Shown here piece by piece: positions 40,376 through 54,300 of a stretch of 64,000 nucleotides of DNA. The translations under genes and the position numbers were made by a program. Numbering within the stretch: the first letter of the stretch is position 1; every line of letters starts with the position of its first letter. The notes under the pieces are model-generated. The model saw nothing but the letters and a program-made list of their open reading frames with translations, had not been told where the DNA came from and made no database searches. Origin of the DNA: Phoronis australis (lineage: Eukaryota; Animalia; Phoronida); assembly GCA_002633005.1 (NCBI GenBank), contig NMRA01000037.1:919972-983971 (forward strand). Direction: 5' to 3'.

Positions 40376-43216
40376 GATATGGTCATGTCACACCAGTGCA
40401 GTGAAAATTCATATAAGTGATAGTCAGACCATAGTTAATGGCTGCACACTATAACCACTAATACAAGGTTAAAGTGACGTGCTTATACAGACACACTTTC
40501 CTAACAGACAGCCAATAGTGCAGATGCACTAACACAGTTCAATTACAGTATTACAACTGATTAAACCACAAAGAAATAAGTTAATCAGTCACAATGATTG
40601 ATCATCCTATTAACAAATTTATGTAAACGCAAAAGCTCTCATTTCTTTGTTCAATCATACAGTAGCTATACCCTTTCTCCAATAACTCCTTGAATAGATA
40701 TGTGAAGGGTTTACCATGGAGCACTGAAATATGACAGAGTGTTCTTACCCAGCAGCATTCATCTTAGCAACACTTGTCATTAAACATGGACAGAAATGTA
40801 TTCATCATAAAAGGAGGGAAACATATAAAAATCTACCATATGATTTACAACACCTATACAGACAGAAAAAAAAACAAGGACATAAACGTCAAATCATGAT
40901 TGATTTAACAGAAAGAATTAAGTCATATTTTATTTCTACTACACACTTGTAATAGATTACGGTAGAAGAACCACTCTCACACTCGTCTAAATATGAAGGT
41001 AGGTTGAGCACCTCATACCCACCACCACCCCTTCCAAAATCGGCACTGCACCAATATCCTGCCCAAAATTCTGATGTTTTTACTTCTACACCAGGCAGTC
41101 CTTTCTGCTAAAAATTGGGGCTACCTGGTTTTTGCAGAACAGGTAAAATGACTTCATTTAAGTATGCACAATACATCTATTTATGTCCCTTAATTTATAG
41201 CTGATAGTTAAATCCAATAACCAAATACATGTTTAAGTTATTTTGCCAAACTATGGCACATGTCCACGACTGTAATTGTAAAAAATACTTCAGGTGGCCC
41301 TTTTTGTTTATCTGGACGTGAAACCCCAACCTTTAGCGCAACTGTTTAGTTACTTCTATTAGTCACGGTGAAACAGTTATGCAATGTGAGAAAGACAACC
41401 GACATTCTCTAAGAATTATATCCCATCCAACAATCCAAAAATTACCTTTTTTGGCCACAAAAACAATAATGTCTATTTAAAAAGTGGTTGACAAATTAAT
41501 TGTGGTCCCACAGTCATTCCATACTCACCCATAAGGCACTATGGCTAACAGACAAAGCTGGGTTTTATTCTCACTAAAGATTCAAGTCACTGCCAGTGAC
41601 ACAAACCTGCCTTGTTCCTCATTAACTATGCCTGGAACATTTAATGATACAACCTAGTTGCCTGGCATAACTACCTCGTTTCTCTGGTCATTTTCACTGA
41701 AAATGCACCGACAGGTGGAAATCAGACTGACTCAGTCAATATACTAATTTGCTTGATGAAATTGTTTGTAGAAATAAAAGTATACCTCAACTACACTAAT
41801 ACCGCAGTCTGTGTCATGCCCTTGATAAAGAGCATACTGCTGGAAACGGAATATTTAGTACGGATGCTCATTGTTTCACTTTTACTATTTTATATTCTTA
41901 TCTGTTGGTAACTGCATGGCATTCTAGCCTCTGATTTATTTAATTATTTGTTAATACGGCAGGCATAGTTAATACATAACATAGATGAGAGGAATACTTA
42001 AAATATACCTAAGAAAACTTGTGATTTGTATCTTAAGGGAAAATATCACCAAAAACGTTGGTTTTCTCCTTACAGTGAATATTGAGTATTTTGGCAGCAA
42101 ATTTACCTTGACACAAGTTTTGTTGATCATGATGTTCCATTTGTTTTTAATGACTTTAATAGATAACTGGCGGCAGGCTGATCTCGCATCACCCTTTATG
42201 GATCTTCCCTGACGATGTCTCACGAGAGGCAAAGTACTGTATTGTATAATATGTTCTCTTTATGTTGATTTGAATACGAAGCCTGTAATATTGAATTTTT
42301 GTGCTCTCCTCTTTGCCATGAGCCTGGGTCACCGTTAACATCAACTGACGTCTGACGGGACGTCAGCCTGCCGCCAAATAGAGCGTTTATCTATTAAGTG
42401 TGTTCAACAAAACTTACAGTGAACTATCCACAAACTGACCAATTTCTAAAAAGTTCTCAGTAGTGTGATCACAAAACACAGATTCTGAAGTAAATCAACA
42501 AGCCTTCTATGACCACATGCTGAAAAATCAACAGTATGCTTAATTATAAATTCTCAGAGTACAAAACTTTGATGTCAAAGCTTACTAAAGTAACTGCTGA
42601 ACTATCTACAAGTTATATTTACAATCTCTATACAATAAAACTAGTACCATATTCCTCTGGGTGAAGGCCTGCATTTGTCAAAATGCTCACCCTCAAGTTT
42701 TCCAAATGTTTCCAACGGCGATACGCCCAACTCCAATTTATTTGGACAGTCATTACGTCATGCGCCCTTAAATCGCTCGTGCCTTTGTAAAAGCCAGCCT
42801 CAAGAGAATTTCAGCTCCCAAAAAGGAACAGAATTTGCTTACCTTTGACCAACATACAAACAACACATGGTTTATAACCAGAAGAACATGGTTGCATGTG
42901 AGTCAATAAATTACTAATATAAACGCGACAGCACCAAAGTGAAGACTTACATTAAAACTATCAAACTAGAATTTCAAAAATAACGCTCTGTGACAACTGT
43001 ATCTATTCCGGTTAACGCCAGCCCTACTTCCCCAACAAATCCAATCCCAAATCTTCACTTTTAAGCATAATTCATGGATTATGTGGTTTAAAGCCCACTG
43101 CTGGTTTTTAAGTTTCTCGGTTTATCGTCCTTGGCATTAACACAAATGGATGCAGTCTAACACTCGCGTACATCAACAAAGAATCAAACCAAACAATTTA
43201 ATCAGATTACACTTAA

Positions 43217-43529
43217 AGCTGCTATAAACCGCAGTCCGGTAAAAAATAATGGCTTTTAATTTCGAACACTTCCTGGTTTTCGAAAGTACTGACACTTCAA
43301 TATTGGTTGAGACTATGGTCGACAAAAATAAAATGACCTGCCATGTTAAGCCAACCTACTGAGTCTGATCTAGAAGCTCGGAAATCTCTCGTCATCCAAG
43401 AGAGGAACAGACGGAGGCGAGTTTTACAACGGTAGGTGATGTGGCCAACAGGTGGTGTGCAGACCAGAATTAAAAATGTTTGTGAATGGTAGGTGGTCCA
43501 AAACCTAGTTTTGGGGGTTTGTAGCAGCT
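43217..43529. mobile_element. Kolobok-type MITE (313 bp) with TTAA target-site duplication
   Basis: TTAA|AGCTGCTATAAACC ... GGTTTGTAGCAGCT|TTAA; purine-purine termini with a TTAA TSD are characteristic of Kolobok. Confidence 0.75.
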
Positions 43530-45383
43530 TTAAAACTCCTTGAGTGTCTTGCTCAGAAGTGTGACTTCAAATAGCTCGACATAACCCAACAACTTCTTAT
43601 TGCTACTTTTAAAGATGGAAAACAACCATCATCTCTCTGAATTGCGCGTTAAATTTCTAATCCACAACCCTCTCTTTGAACAGAGAAATCAGCATTTCAA
43701 ATGGTGAAATCTGCTATTCAAACCACTAAAATATATCCGCCAAATGGTTGCCTGGGAAGACGATTCCGACCGATGACCAGCCCTGACTTATATAGTAATC
43801 CAATTACAGACAGGGAAGTAAAGGTAGATTCAGGAATTCATAACATGGCGTGTAGAAGTTGTCCTTGCCCATATACAGTGAACTTGCCACAATTAAATGG
43901 CAATTGTCGATTGACTGGTGGATCCCCAGGCTAACATTGGCCCTGTAAATTTGCCTACGAAATGATTCATAGTTAACACTACTTTTAGGATAATATCAAA
44001 TTTATCACTTATTCTCCGTTTACACTATTCATGATTTTTGGCTTTAAATATCAAACACTGCATTTCACATCTGAACCACCATGATTACGTGTTTAGCCGA
44101 GTTCTCAAGGGCGAAAACGGGGTTGAACTAAGTGGATATGGACCCCTCTGTAATTCTGAAATTTCACGTCAGTTGAAAAGTACACGTTTACTGGAATTAA
44201 ATACTTGCATTCAAAGTTGAACATGACAGCTTAGCGTCCTACTTATGCTTACAAGAGTACAATAAAATCTTACCAATGTAGGACACAATATGGCCGACAC
44301 GTGACATTTTATTATCTCGTTTTTGTCATAAACAATAACGAGCACCATATCAACGCTTTACCATGTCCAGATTTAGTATGACTTCTCCCATCGCACAAAA
44401 TTTTGAAAACCTCTGGTCACTCTCGACAATATAAGAAGACCTTCAAGATGAAAAAAGAGCAATTTTGAAAATTATTTTTCTTTGAGGTTGGTAAGATTTT
44501 ACCACACAAAAATTATCACACCAAATACCCACCCCTTTCACAACTCCTGGATCCGCCCCTGACTTAAATTGCAAGACACTGCTGGATTATAGAATGTGCA
44601 CAGTACAAACTAATCCTTGGAACCTTAAGTCACATTATACAAGCAGAACAGTCAATGTAATATTGTCACTGACTTTCGACAGGACAAGTGTCGAAAATAT
44701 GCACACGTGCTGTTTTCACACAATTTCTACAGGGACCAGAACAATACTGAAACCTAACTACTATTCAAGCGGATATGCCCTCACATTAATAACTTACGGC
44801 AAGTGTTCTTGTCACAAAAATAATGTACATTTGGCCAAACAAAACATTTATAAATGCCTTTGTTCCTGTTACAACTGCAGATCCTTCCTGGTGAGAAATC
44901 CAAACTGACGGCATGCATCTCTTACTAAGGCTATGCCCCTTGAGTACAAATCTAATTATTAACAACAATAAAAGAGATCTTTCCTGGATGTATGAAGTTA
45001 ACTCACTTCCTAGGAAAACACGAAACGCTTATATTCAGATGCTTCTACCCATGCTCCAAGTGTGTTGGTCACAGACGGGATTGACCAGACGAGACTAGTC
45101 AACACCTCAACTGCAGAATCGTAGTTGTAATTGAATATTCCATCCCTCTATACACACTGACAGTGGCAGAGTTTTGATGGTAGAACAAGACCCTCCAATG
45201 TGAACAAAAAACAAAAAATCAAAGTCTACAGCTGTCGCTAACGTACGATTGCCTACCGCTTTCTGACTGCATACAGCGACCAAAACCAAATTCAGACAGG
45301 GTATAAACATGCGAATGTCAGTGGATCATGTTTCTTAGACAGTGATTTACCACCACAGTTCACTGTTGCGTGTTCAACTTGAC

Positions 45384-48300
45384 CTAGATATCATCATCAT
45401 CATCCAACATGTCCACCCTCTGTAGCCCACAGAACAGTAGCATAGAAGCAGTCATGCCTAGCAACTGAAATGAAGAGCAACACCGTTGGGTCAGGGCTTG
45501 GATTGGTCGTTCCCTAATTGTAACATTTTTAATGACGCCATTTGTGCAAGCTTGCCCCTAATCGTCGACGACACATTACGACAAATTAAATGTGCAAATT
45601 CTTTCGCACACAACTTTTGTGTACAAAATCGTCATTCATCACCTGAATCAGGTTGACAGTGTGGGCCAACGTTGGAGAATACCGCTAGTTTCACACGCGG
45701 ATTTTTTAGTGCAGTTCTGCACTCTATCGAGCGAGATTTGCGTTTCCACAACTGATGTCACAAAGGCAGAGGTCAAGTTTTAATATCAATGTGACCTGAA
45801 TACACATGTAATCCATTTTTCAACAGACTGTCAAGCACACAATCTTCAAGCACTATAATGCACAAATATTAATAATATCAATACTATATGATAATAACAA
45901 TAGCTAATATCAAAACTATTAATAACCACAATAATAACGTTAATAGTAATAAAATCACTGATATCATAACCACAGTGCTCTGTGGCCAGTTGTGTGAAAC
46001 AGTCCCAATTAGGAGTGGATATCCTTTAGAACGAAACGATACGATACACTATCGATATTTGACAAAATGATACAATATTCTGATGACATTTTTCATATTT
46101 GTTTGGTACTTGTTTTATGTTAACTACGTCAAAAAAACATGGAACGTCATAGAGTCCATACATTGCATGGTGCCAAGTCGATCTGTGCTTTAAGTTGGCC
46201 CTGGTGCATTGTGGAAAATACACGCATATTTGTTGAAAAACATTAATTTCTATTTGCCACAAGAATCACATGGCCATCAGTATCACATGGCTACCAATAT
46301 CACTTGACTACCAATATCACATGGCTGCCAGTACCACATGGTACCAACAACACATGGCCATCAGCATCACATGGTCACCAGTATTACAAAGCCACATCAA
46401 ATGACCTTCAGCTAAAGTTCATAATGGTATTTCTACTTTCTTACATGTTGATGTACGATACATAACAAGCTTCACTGTAGTTTCAAGCTTACCTCAATGC
46501 CAGCAATACCCAACACCGCACCAATGACGGCATCAAAGTGAGTGCGGAAAAAGTCTACCACCTTCGGCCCGCAACCCTAGAAGGAGACAGCAACAGACGG
46601 GCATTACTGACTTGTAACAGTTTAGTGCTACGCTAAATGACAGTGTTACCAGGCCAGATTCGTAAATGTCCAGGTTTGATAAGCAGAGTACAACAACAGG
46701 AATTAGAGGTCAGGCGTGCAGTGCTTTCTGGTTCAGTCTCAGTTGTATTAGGAAGGCAACGATGCCTTTGATGTAAGAGCCAATCATTGCCACAGATTTT
46801 CAACTTCACTCCTGATAACTCCTCTCAGGCTTCATAATGCAATAGATTTTCGACCATCTTAGCTATGATTGGCACACACCTTTCCATAAAATTGGCCCAC
46901 TGCATTCTTGGGACCAACTTCTCCAACTGGTATACACGATCTCCAGCCATTGTGTTTACAAAGTCCAACCACTGGAGTAACAGTAGAGCCCTCAAAGGAT
47001 TTGATTTATTGTCATAGCCTTTACATATTACGTACAGACAAAAGATTTTTTTCAGCAGAATCTAACAGTTGAAGACAGAGATATCACTACCAAAAATGGC
47101 TCTGTGCATTTTGGATAAGAGGCACAATCTCACTGTTTCCTTTTGGTTTCCATGGCAACTCAAATACAAGACAATACAACAATGGTACAGAGAATTAGCC
47201 CGGAAAGCGAATTACAATATCTAGTGTAATGCGTGTAGGCATCTCTGGGTCAGCGCCCTCTTGTGTCAGTTTAGGCATATGTGTAGGCTGGCATTTTATT
47301 TCAACAGCTCAGTTTGTACTGGCGTGTTTGACCAGTTTGAAGTTGTAATATTATATTATTCACAAGACTGTCGTGTTATTCATAGTTATGTGTTTAGACT
47401 AGGTCTCTAGAGAGAAAGCTCAGTTTGCACTGACGTGTTTGATGTTCTAATAATATATTAATCACAAGACTGCCATATTATTCACCTAGAAAGGTACGGC
47501 CGTGACAAGCTCCTGTGTAATACTAGGCTTCCATATCTTCAATTTAACCTACTTTATGTACCATGATCTGTCAAATAGGTTGATAAATATTCCAGGGCAT
47601 TTTATGACAAACTAGATAAAACATGTTAAGCAAATATGAAACAAAATGATGCAGAAAGTTGCAGTGTTTTGACAGAACAGTTGACAATGCTGCTTACGTC
47701 TCCGAAAATATCTGCATTAGTGGCTAAGTTAGCACTGAGTTTGGGACAGTGGTCACTGATAGCTTCCTCTGATCGACAACAGGAGTCAGGCACAGCCAGC
47801 TGGCGCTTGGCGGGGTCCTGTTTCATCCAATAAGAACTTATCCAGTCGTCCATGTCATCACCACCACAACATTCCAACTACAATTCAATATGACATTGAT
47901 AAGGTAATTGGCTATCTTCGTTATCAAAGATCTAATTTTTAAATAACTAAGCATTAATAGTATACCAATAAAACAAAGTTTTTAAAACTCTAGATGACTA
48001 TAAAATATTCTATACGTGCTCAAAAGTAATGACCAGGTGTTCGTAAAAGCAGGAATGCAGTTTTCTAAAAAATCATTTTTTCACAGAGATCACCATACTT
48101 TCAAAAAACATGAATTGTTTACACCAGAGGTCCACCAACACTGCGATGTAACTTACCTCCTGCTGAACCCAATCAATGGCTCTGCTCTGAATGTCCTGAC
48201 CTCCACTGTAGCCGTTTTGGACGAAGTCCTTAAAGCTCTTTTTGAATGACTCGGCAATCTTATAACAAAACAAATGGTTAGTGACAGGAAAAACGAACAG

Positions 48301-51300
48301 GGGGATCTCAGGCAAGTTTCCTTCAAGCAAGCATTTAGTGAAGAATGTTTTACCCATAGGCACACGTGATTGGTACTAAAATTTTATTATTCGTGTCAAA
48401 AGAAAAATTGATGAGTAGTAGACTCGGTCAAAGTTTCGTCAAAAACAAAGACAGTATTTCAAACAGGCGCAAAAGCCAAATTCATGACTGCTGACAGCCT
48501 GTAGCTTAATGAAGTCTTCATTTTTGGTAATTCCAAGATCACGGATTCAACTTGTTTAGGTAGAAAAACCCAGGAAAATTGGGCAAGTTTTTGAAAGGCT
48601 ACTGTCACACTTGGCAGCCAAGCCAGACAAATGAAGAACGCCTTGTCACGTCTAACATACAAGTAGCTGTTCATTTTTTATCTCTAATTTTAATGTAAAA
48701 TAGAGATAAGCACGGCAGCACTGCACAATTGTAGTACAATTGACCCACAGATGAAAAGCATTGTGGGTAAAAGTGGCAGACACAAAGAGGGCGCTGCAGT
48801 GTTCTGGAAAATGGCTGATTTTTACTTACAAGTCTTCCATATTTGTTATTCAGTTGTAATCTTGCACAGAGTCACATGCTTTCCAAATGCTTTCTCGTCC
48901 AGTTAGGGACAGTTTCTTTTAAACATAACAACAGGTTACCAACAGTAGCGTCCGTGTACTTCATAAGTACTCCTTATAGGTCCCAAATCTCTGCCAAATA
49001 ATTGCATTTTCGGTAAAGACAGTACACATACGAAATGTTTTATTGGTCATTTTCAGTTTTTGAACAAATCTAACCAATGTACATTAATGTTTACCTCATC
49101 TTTTTGTGTGTACGCATAAATTCCACCGCCGACCTCTCCCAAGAATACAATCACAAGCAAACCGAAGAACTGGAACACAAGAAAATAAATAAAAAAAGAA
49201 TATTAACACAAGGAACAAGTTTAAGAGCCAATGATGCGTTTAAATATATTTTTTATCACAAAATACACAAGAATTTACTACAAAAGATCATTGATTCAGA
49301 ACCAGGTGAGTTGCAATTGACCCCGCAGTCACAATGGTCCAGAATAAGCGATAAGTGCCATAATCTCTTTTCAATTAATATTTAGAATACAATATGGTTG
49401 AGAAGTAAAAATCTGTTTTGTTAACATTATTCACAAAACCATAAGTTTTTAGATTTTTCCTAAACTAAACACAGTCTTTTAAGCATGGATTGTAGCAAGT
49501 AAATGTCATAAAACAATGTTTGGTAAAATTCCCATAATTCGCAAACTAAAAATCAGCCTTTGAAAAATGGAAAACCATTTTGGCAATCATTTTTATGTTC
49601 ATGTAAAAGATGCATACCAAAAGGCAATCTGACAAAGACTTCAAATGGTTAATTCTGATTGAAAATAACTCTGTTCTTCAACTAATCTTGCACTTTTTTA
49701 CATGCTAAAAGCGCAAAGGCGCGGTCCAGGAATATCACTGAGACCAACCACACAGAACTTCAAAACATTTGTTGATGACAGTCACACAGAGCAAGCAATG
49801 ATAAAATGAATCGCATGTCTGTCTAACTACAGTTATTGTTAACAAATTCGATGAGAAAATAAAATTCAAAATCAAATTCTTTCAGGTTATTTCCTAAGCT
49901 GTACTGTTACTTCCTGTGTACAATACGCAACTTTTCCCCACGCGCGTCACTCTATTTTCTTATACTTACGAATCCCAGGAGGACAACAGACTCCTGATAG
50001 GCCCCACAGCAGCCGAGGAATGAGACGAGGAACATGACGGCGCCGACAGCGATTATCACGTAGCATATGGTGTAATAGATATGTAGCTTGTCATAGTTCA
50101 CCTCCACAATCTTCGTGGCTGACTGGTCCACTCTCAGCCATATTCCCACTCCTAGCAGTCCAATGGAAAGAAGCTGTAGAACAAGAGAAATATATCAGAG
50201 GCCCTGTTCCACAAAATGCCATGAGCTTTACCACGTTTTTTTACACAGATTACCAATATAAACAGTAACTTACAAAAAGTCGTAAGTTTTGACACAAGTC
50301 TCCACTTTGACCCTGTAAAAACACGCCATGTTCTAGCTTCAGTGCTTTTAACCATGTTTATTAAAGTGCTATTTTTCTACAACGTTGGCACCTGATATAT
50401 ATCTAAGGCCATGGGATCCCTGCTTCTTGATGTACCCACAATTTGACTTATTTCACATTTGTCAAGCACAATTCCAGTGAGTTTGACGACTGTTCCCTAC
50501 AAATTGCTAACCTCTGCCAAAATGCTTCATTTGTTCTTGAAGGACATGGCCTAACTTGGGTTGTATTTGTACTATTTATTCAATATCTTCATGGAGTGGT
50601 TTTAGCAAACCGTTATTTTATAATATTACACAATACCGACTGGCCTTATATACAAAGAAAGGTTAAGACTTTCTCAAGTATAAAACCACTATGAGCATAA
50701 TTTTGTTGATAAGGCAGTGGCCTTAGTACCTGGTCCTGAAGACAATCTGCAGATAACATGTTGCAGACAGGGCAGTTTCATTTCAAAGAAAAGAGCTGTG
50801 ATTAGAGACAAGGGTTGGGACTCACTGACAAACAAAACTTTCTTTCCACATAAGGAACAGCTCTCATGAGAGTTTATCCCACTATTCAAAGAATTTCAAC
50901 AATTCAAATGAATGTCCCCAGGCATTAAGATTTATCTGTCATTTTAACATGAGCATCCAATCCAACAACTTCATTAGTGTACAGTATTCAAACTACATCA
51001 ATGATTTCTTTAGCCATACTCAACAGTTCAGGCAATCTAATTTATCTACATTCTACCACGAGAATCTTACAAAATATACAATCCTGTGACATTAGTATCA
51101 ATATTCTATTCACAAGAATATTTTTTAAAATACTTTTCAAAAATTTTGGTAGCAAAGTTTCCTATTCTAAACCAGTGCCTCTTAAAACCTGTTACCAATC
51201 AACAAGGTGGTTTTCCCAAGAGTAATTGAAACATATGTAGACTAAATTAATGGCAGAGTTTTCACAGCAAGTGACCTCTGTAGATCAGTCAGTGTGATTG

Positions 51301-54300
51301 ATCAACATGTGGGAATTCTTGAACATCATGACTGAGGCAAGCAACACACAAGTGCCTCTTGAGAGTTTCTTTACTTTCAGCTGTAAAATCCTTGCCTATT
51401 CATCAAAAATCTTGGTAGTTAATAATTCAGGGAACGCATTATGTATCTTACATTACTAATCTTTAATGACATTTTATCAAGTTCACAGAAAGGGTATTTT
51501 GCGTCCTGGTGTACATGCCTAAAATGTCTACACCATTCAGTTAAATTGACAACACTTCTTACGCCAACATGGCTGGGAAGAATGTAAAGGCATAGCGTAT
51601 TACCTTGCCAGGAACAACTTTAAGTTCTTCTCATTTGTAATAGTAAGATGTTTCCAGATTTCTTAACTTTGCAACATTTCAAAACACTTTCTTTGTGTTT
51701 GTCATGTAACCTATTGTAACATTAGCACAGAATTTTTCTAACAAAAAAAAATTATTTGAGAAGTAAATAATATGTTTATATAACATTTGCCTAGTACACT
51801 ACCAGTGATGTCCACACTAGTTCTGTGATAAGAATAACTTGTCTAACAGAGCATCTTGGGCCAGCTCCATACGGTAATCCCTAGCATCAATGTGCCCCAA
51901 TCCCCCAACTGCTAAGACATTATCCAACCCTGATTTTCCCAGTGCCCCAGCACCACTTTTAGACCATAAAAAGCACAGCTGGTCCTGGTCTTTAACGCAA
52001 CGCATTTTAAAAAAAACGTCCGCCAGCAACAATTTCAACGTGATTTTTATTTAAAAGCTGCACACAAGCATGTAAGCATGATTTGCCAAACTATAAGTAA
52101 AAACTGCACCATTTTCACTAGTCTCAGGTGAATTTTCGTTTTTTAAACGGGTGCAACTAAAAAAATAACCCACCACCAAATCAATTTTCAAAAAGACCTC
52201 AGATAAGAACTAACTACGCTTTTTTGGCCTCACCTCGGCCCAACGTTCCTGTGACGATATGGCCCATGTCCCCATGTTCTCTACAAGTTCTCACAACCCT
52301 CTGTTCCCCAATGGCATTGTCAAATAGGCCCAGTGTTTCGATGCGATATGATTTCCTTCCCCATTTTCTCTCGGCCCAATGTTCAGTACACTCATAAACT
52401 TAATTTTTTGAGTTTTAAGCATGCTATCTTGTTAAGTTCCTGCATATTTCTACACCCTGCAGAATGCCCCTAGAGTATGATCTAAGCTGATGAATTGATA
52501 AGCAAAATACAAATATGTTTGGCTTAAAAAAATATATAATTGCGAAAATGGAGGCATCCATATGCATGTAATTACGCAAGCTGGTTAGTGTAACTTTCTT
52601 GTCGCCAAGTCTGCAGCTAGTGTTGGGGAAAGTTACTCCACCAAGATAAGATGGAGTAAGTAGGCCTCCACATGTCAATTAGTTTAACCACAAATACTGT
52701 AATATCCAAACTAAGCCTATTTTACCCATAGTACACTGAATCGAGTGGCGACTCGTTCCAGGAATAAATTGTTCAAGAGTAACCAGTAGTGTGGAGGACA
52801 CTGCTCCAACATGAGCAATGAGCTGTTATCCAACTTGGTGACATAAACAAGCAATCACCATCACCATATCATCAAAAAGGCTATAAAGTATGATAAGAAG
52901 TTATAAATAACTTTGCAGTCAATGAATGTGGCATTTTTCTGACACAGTGAGGAAAAGCAAATGTCATACTACTGTTGTTGAAAATTCTGCTTTAAAGCGA
53001 GCCCCATAAACCTGAGTTTCGTCCAAGAAGTGTACTTATGATTACGCTTATCGCTATAAAATTGCTCTTAACTTGTTCCTAACTCTGATGGGGTTTGCAA
53101 AGAATTGGCAGCTCGTTATTCCTTGAGAACATGTTCATGACCAGCCAACATGTAGAGCCTATTCTCAAGTAATAACGAAACTCCAGTTCTTTTGAAGCCC
53201 TGTCATTACTTCCAATTTGGATATCGAGAGCTATTTCATAATGGTAAGTGGTCTAAAGCAAAAATTGATTTCTCCGATGAAAGGGGGTGGTCATAGTCAC
53301 ATGTTTAAAGCATAGTTTAAATTTTAGAACCTGAGGAGTTGAGATAAAATTAGCTGCTCTTCGCGTGACTAATAACTCGGGCGTCCAGTTATCTTTGTTA
53401 AACAAAGCAATATCAGAGAGCATTGTTAATCTTTAATGATGTTAATGTAGAATTATCGCAGCAAATGTGGAGAACCTTTACATCGAGTTCTTACTATAAT
53501 TACGTTCTGATCGACTTCTAATGCAGCTGTGAACAACGACAAGAAGTCACACTGAATGATGATTGATGCCTTCATCTTGAAGCAAATATTTAACATAGTC
53601 TTAGCTATTAGTGAGAGGACTCAGTTCTGCACTACACTTCCAGACACTGTCGCAGTGTTCTCCACAGCCTGTTTTGACTCGTCAGCCATAAGAAAGAATT
53701 TCATTCAACTTCTCTCTGCACAAAGTTTGTTAAAGGACCAATGAACCTATAGTTTTTGTCAAAAATCAACTTTAGATTAGGGCCATTTATTACTAGTACT
53801 GCTATAAAATCGATCTCATCTTGATCATATTAATTGGATTAGGAATGATTTTCAGGGTTGAGAATAACTGACAATTTGCTCTTGGGTAAGGTTGTGTAGG
53901 GTTTATCGACACGTCTGTACATTTAGCAAATTATTAAGAAGACTATAGATTTTAAATTACATTTTCTAAAAGTACGGGGTGTAGAATTTGATGTTCGACT
54001 TTTTACCAATCTGTAAATATTTGGGTCACGTGACTACGTCTGTTTAGAAAAATTTAGCACAAAAGAGAGGGACATTGATAGCAAAACAATGGCATTGATA
54101 ACATGATCAAATTTTCTTTGATGTAAATATTCAAGGTGAGCTTTTGAAAACACTATGGCAGTTTTCTAAAATATCATTTCGTTTTAAGCAACTTTTTTCA
54201 AAAAATCATAGAAGTCCTGTTTTTGATAACCTCTCAAGACATGCAGATGTGAAACACTTTAAAAACAACTCCAGCAACAATTTTTGAAAATTGTGTATAA

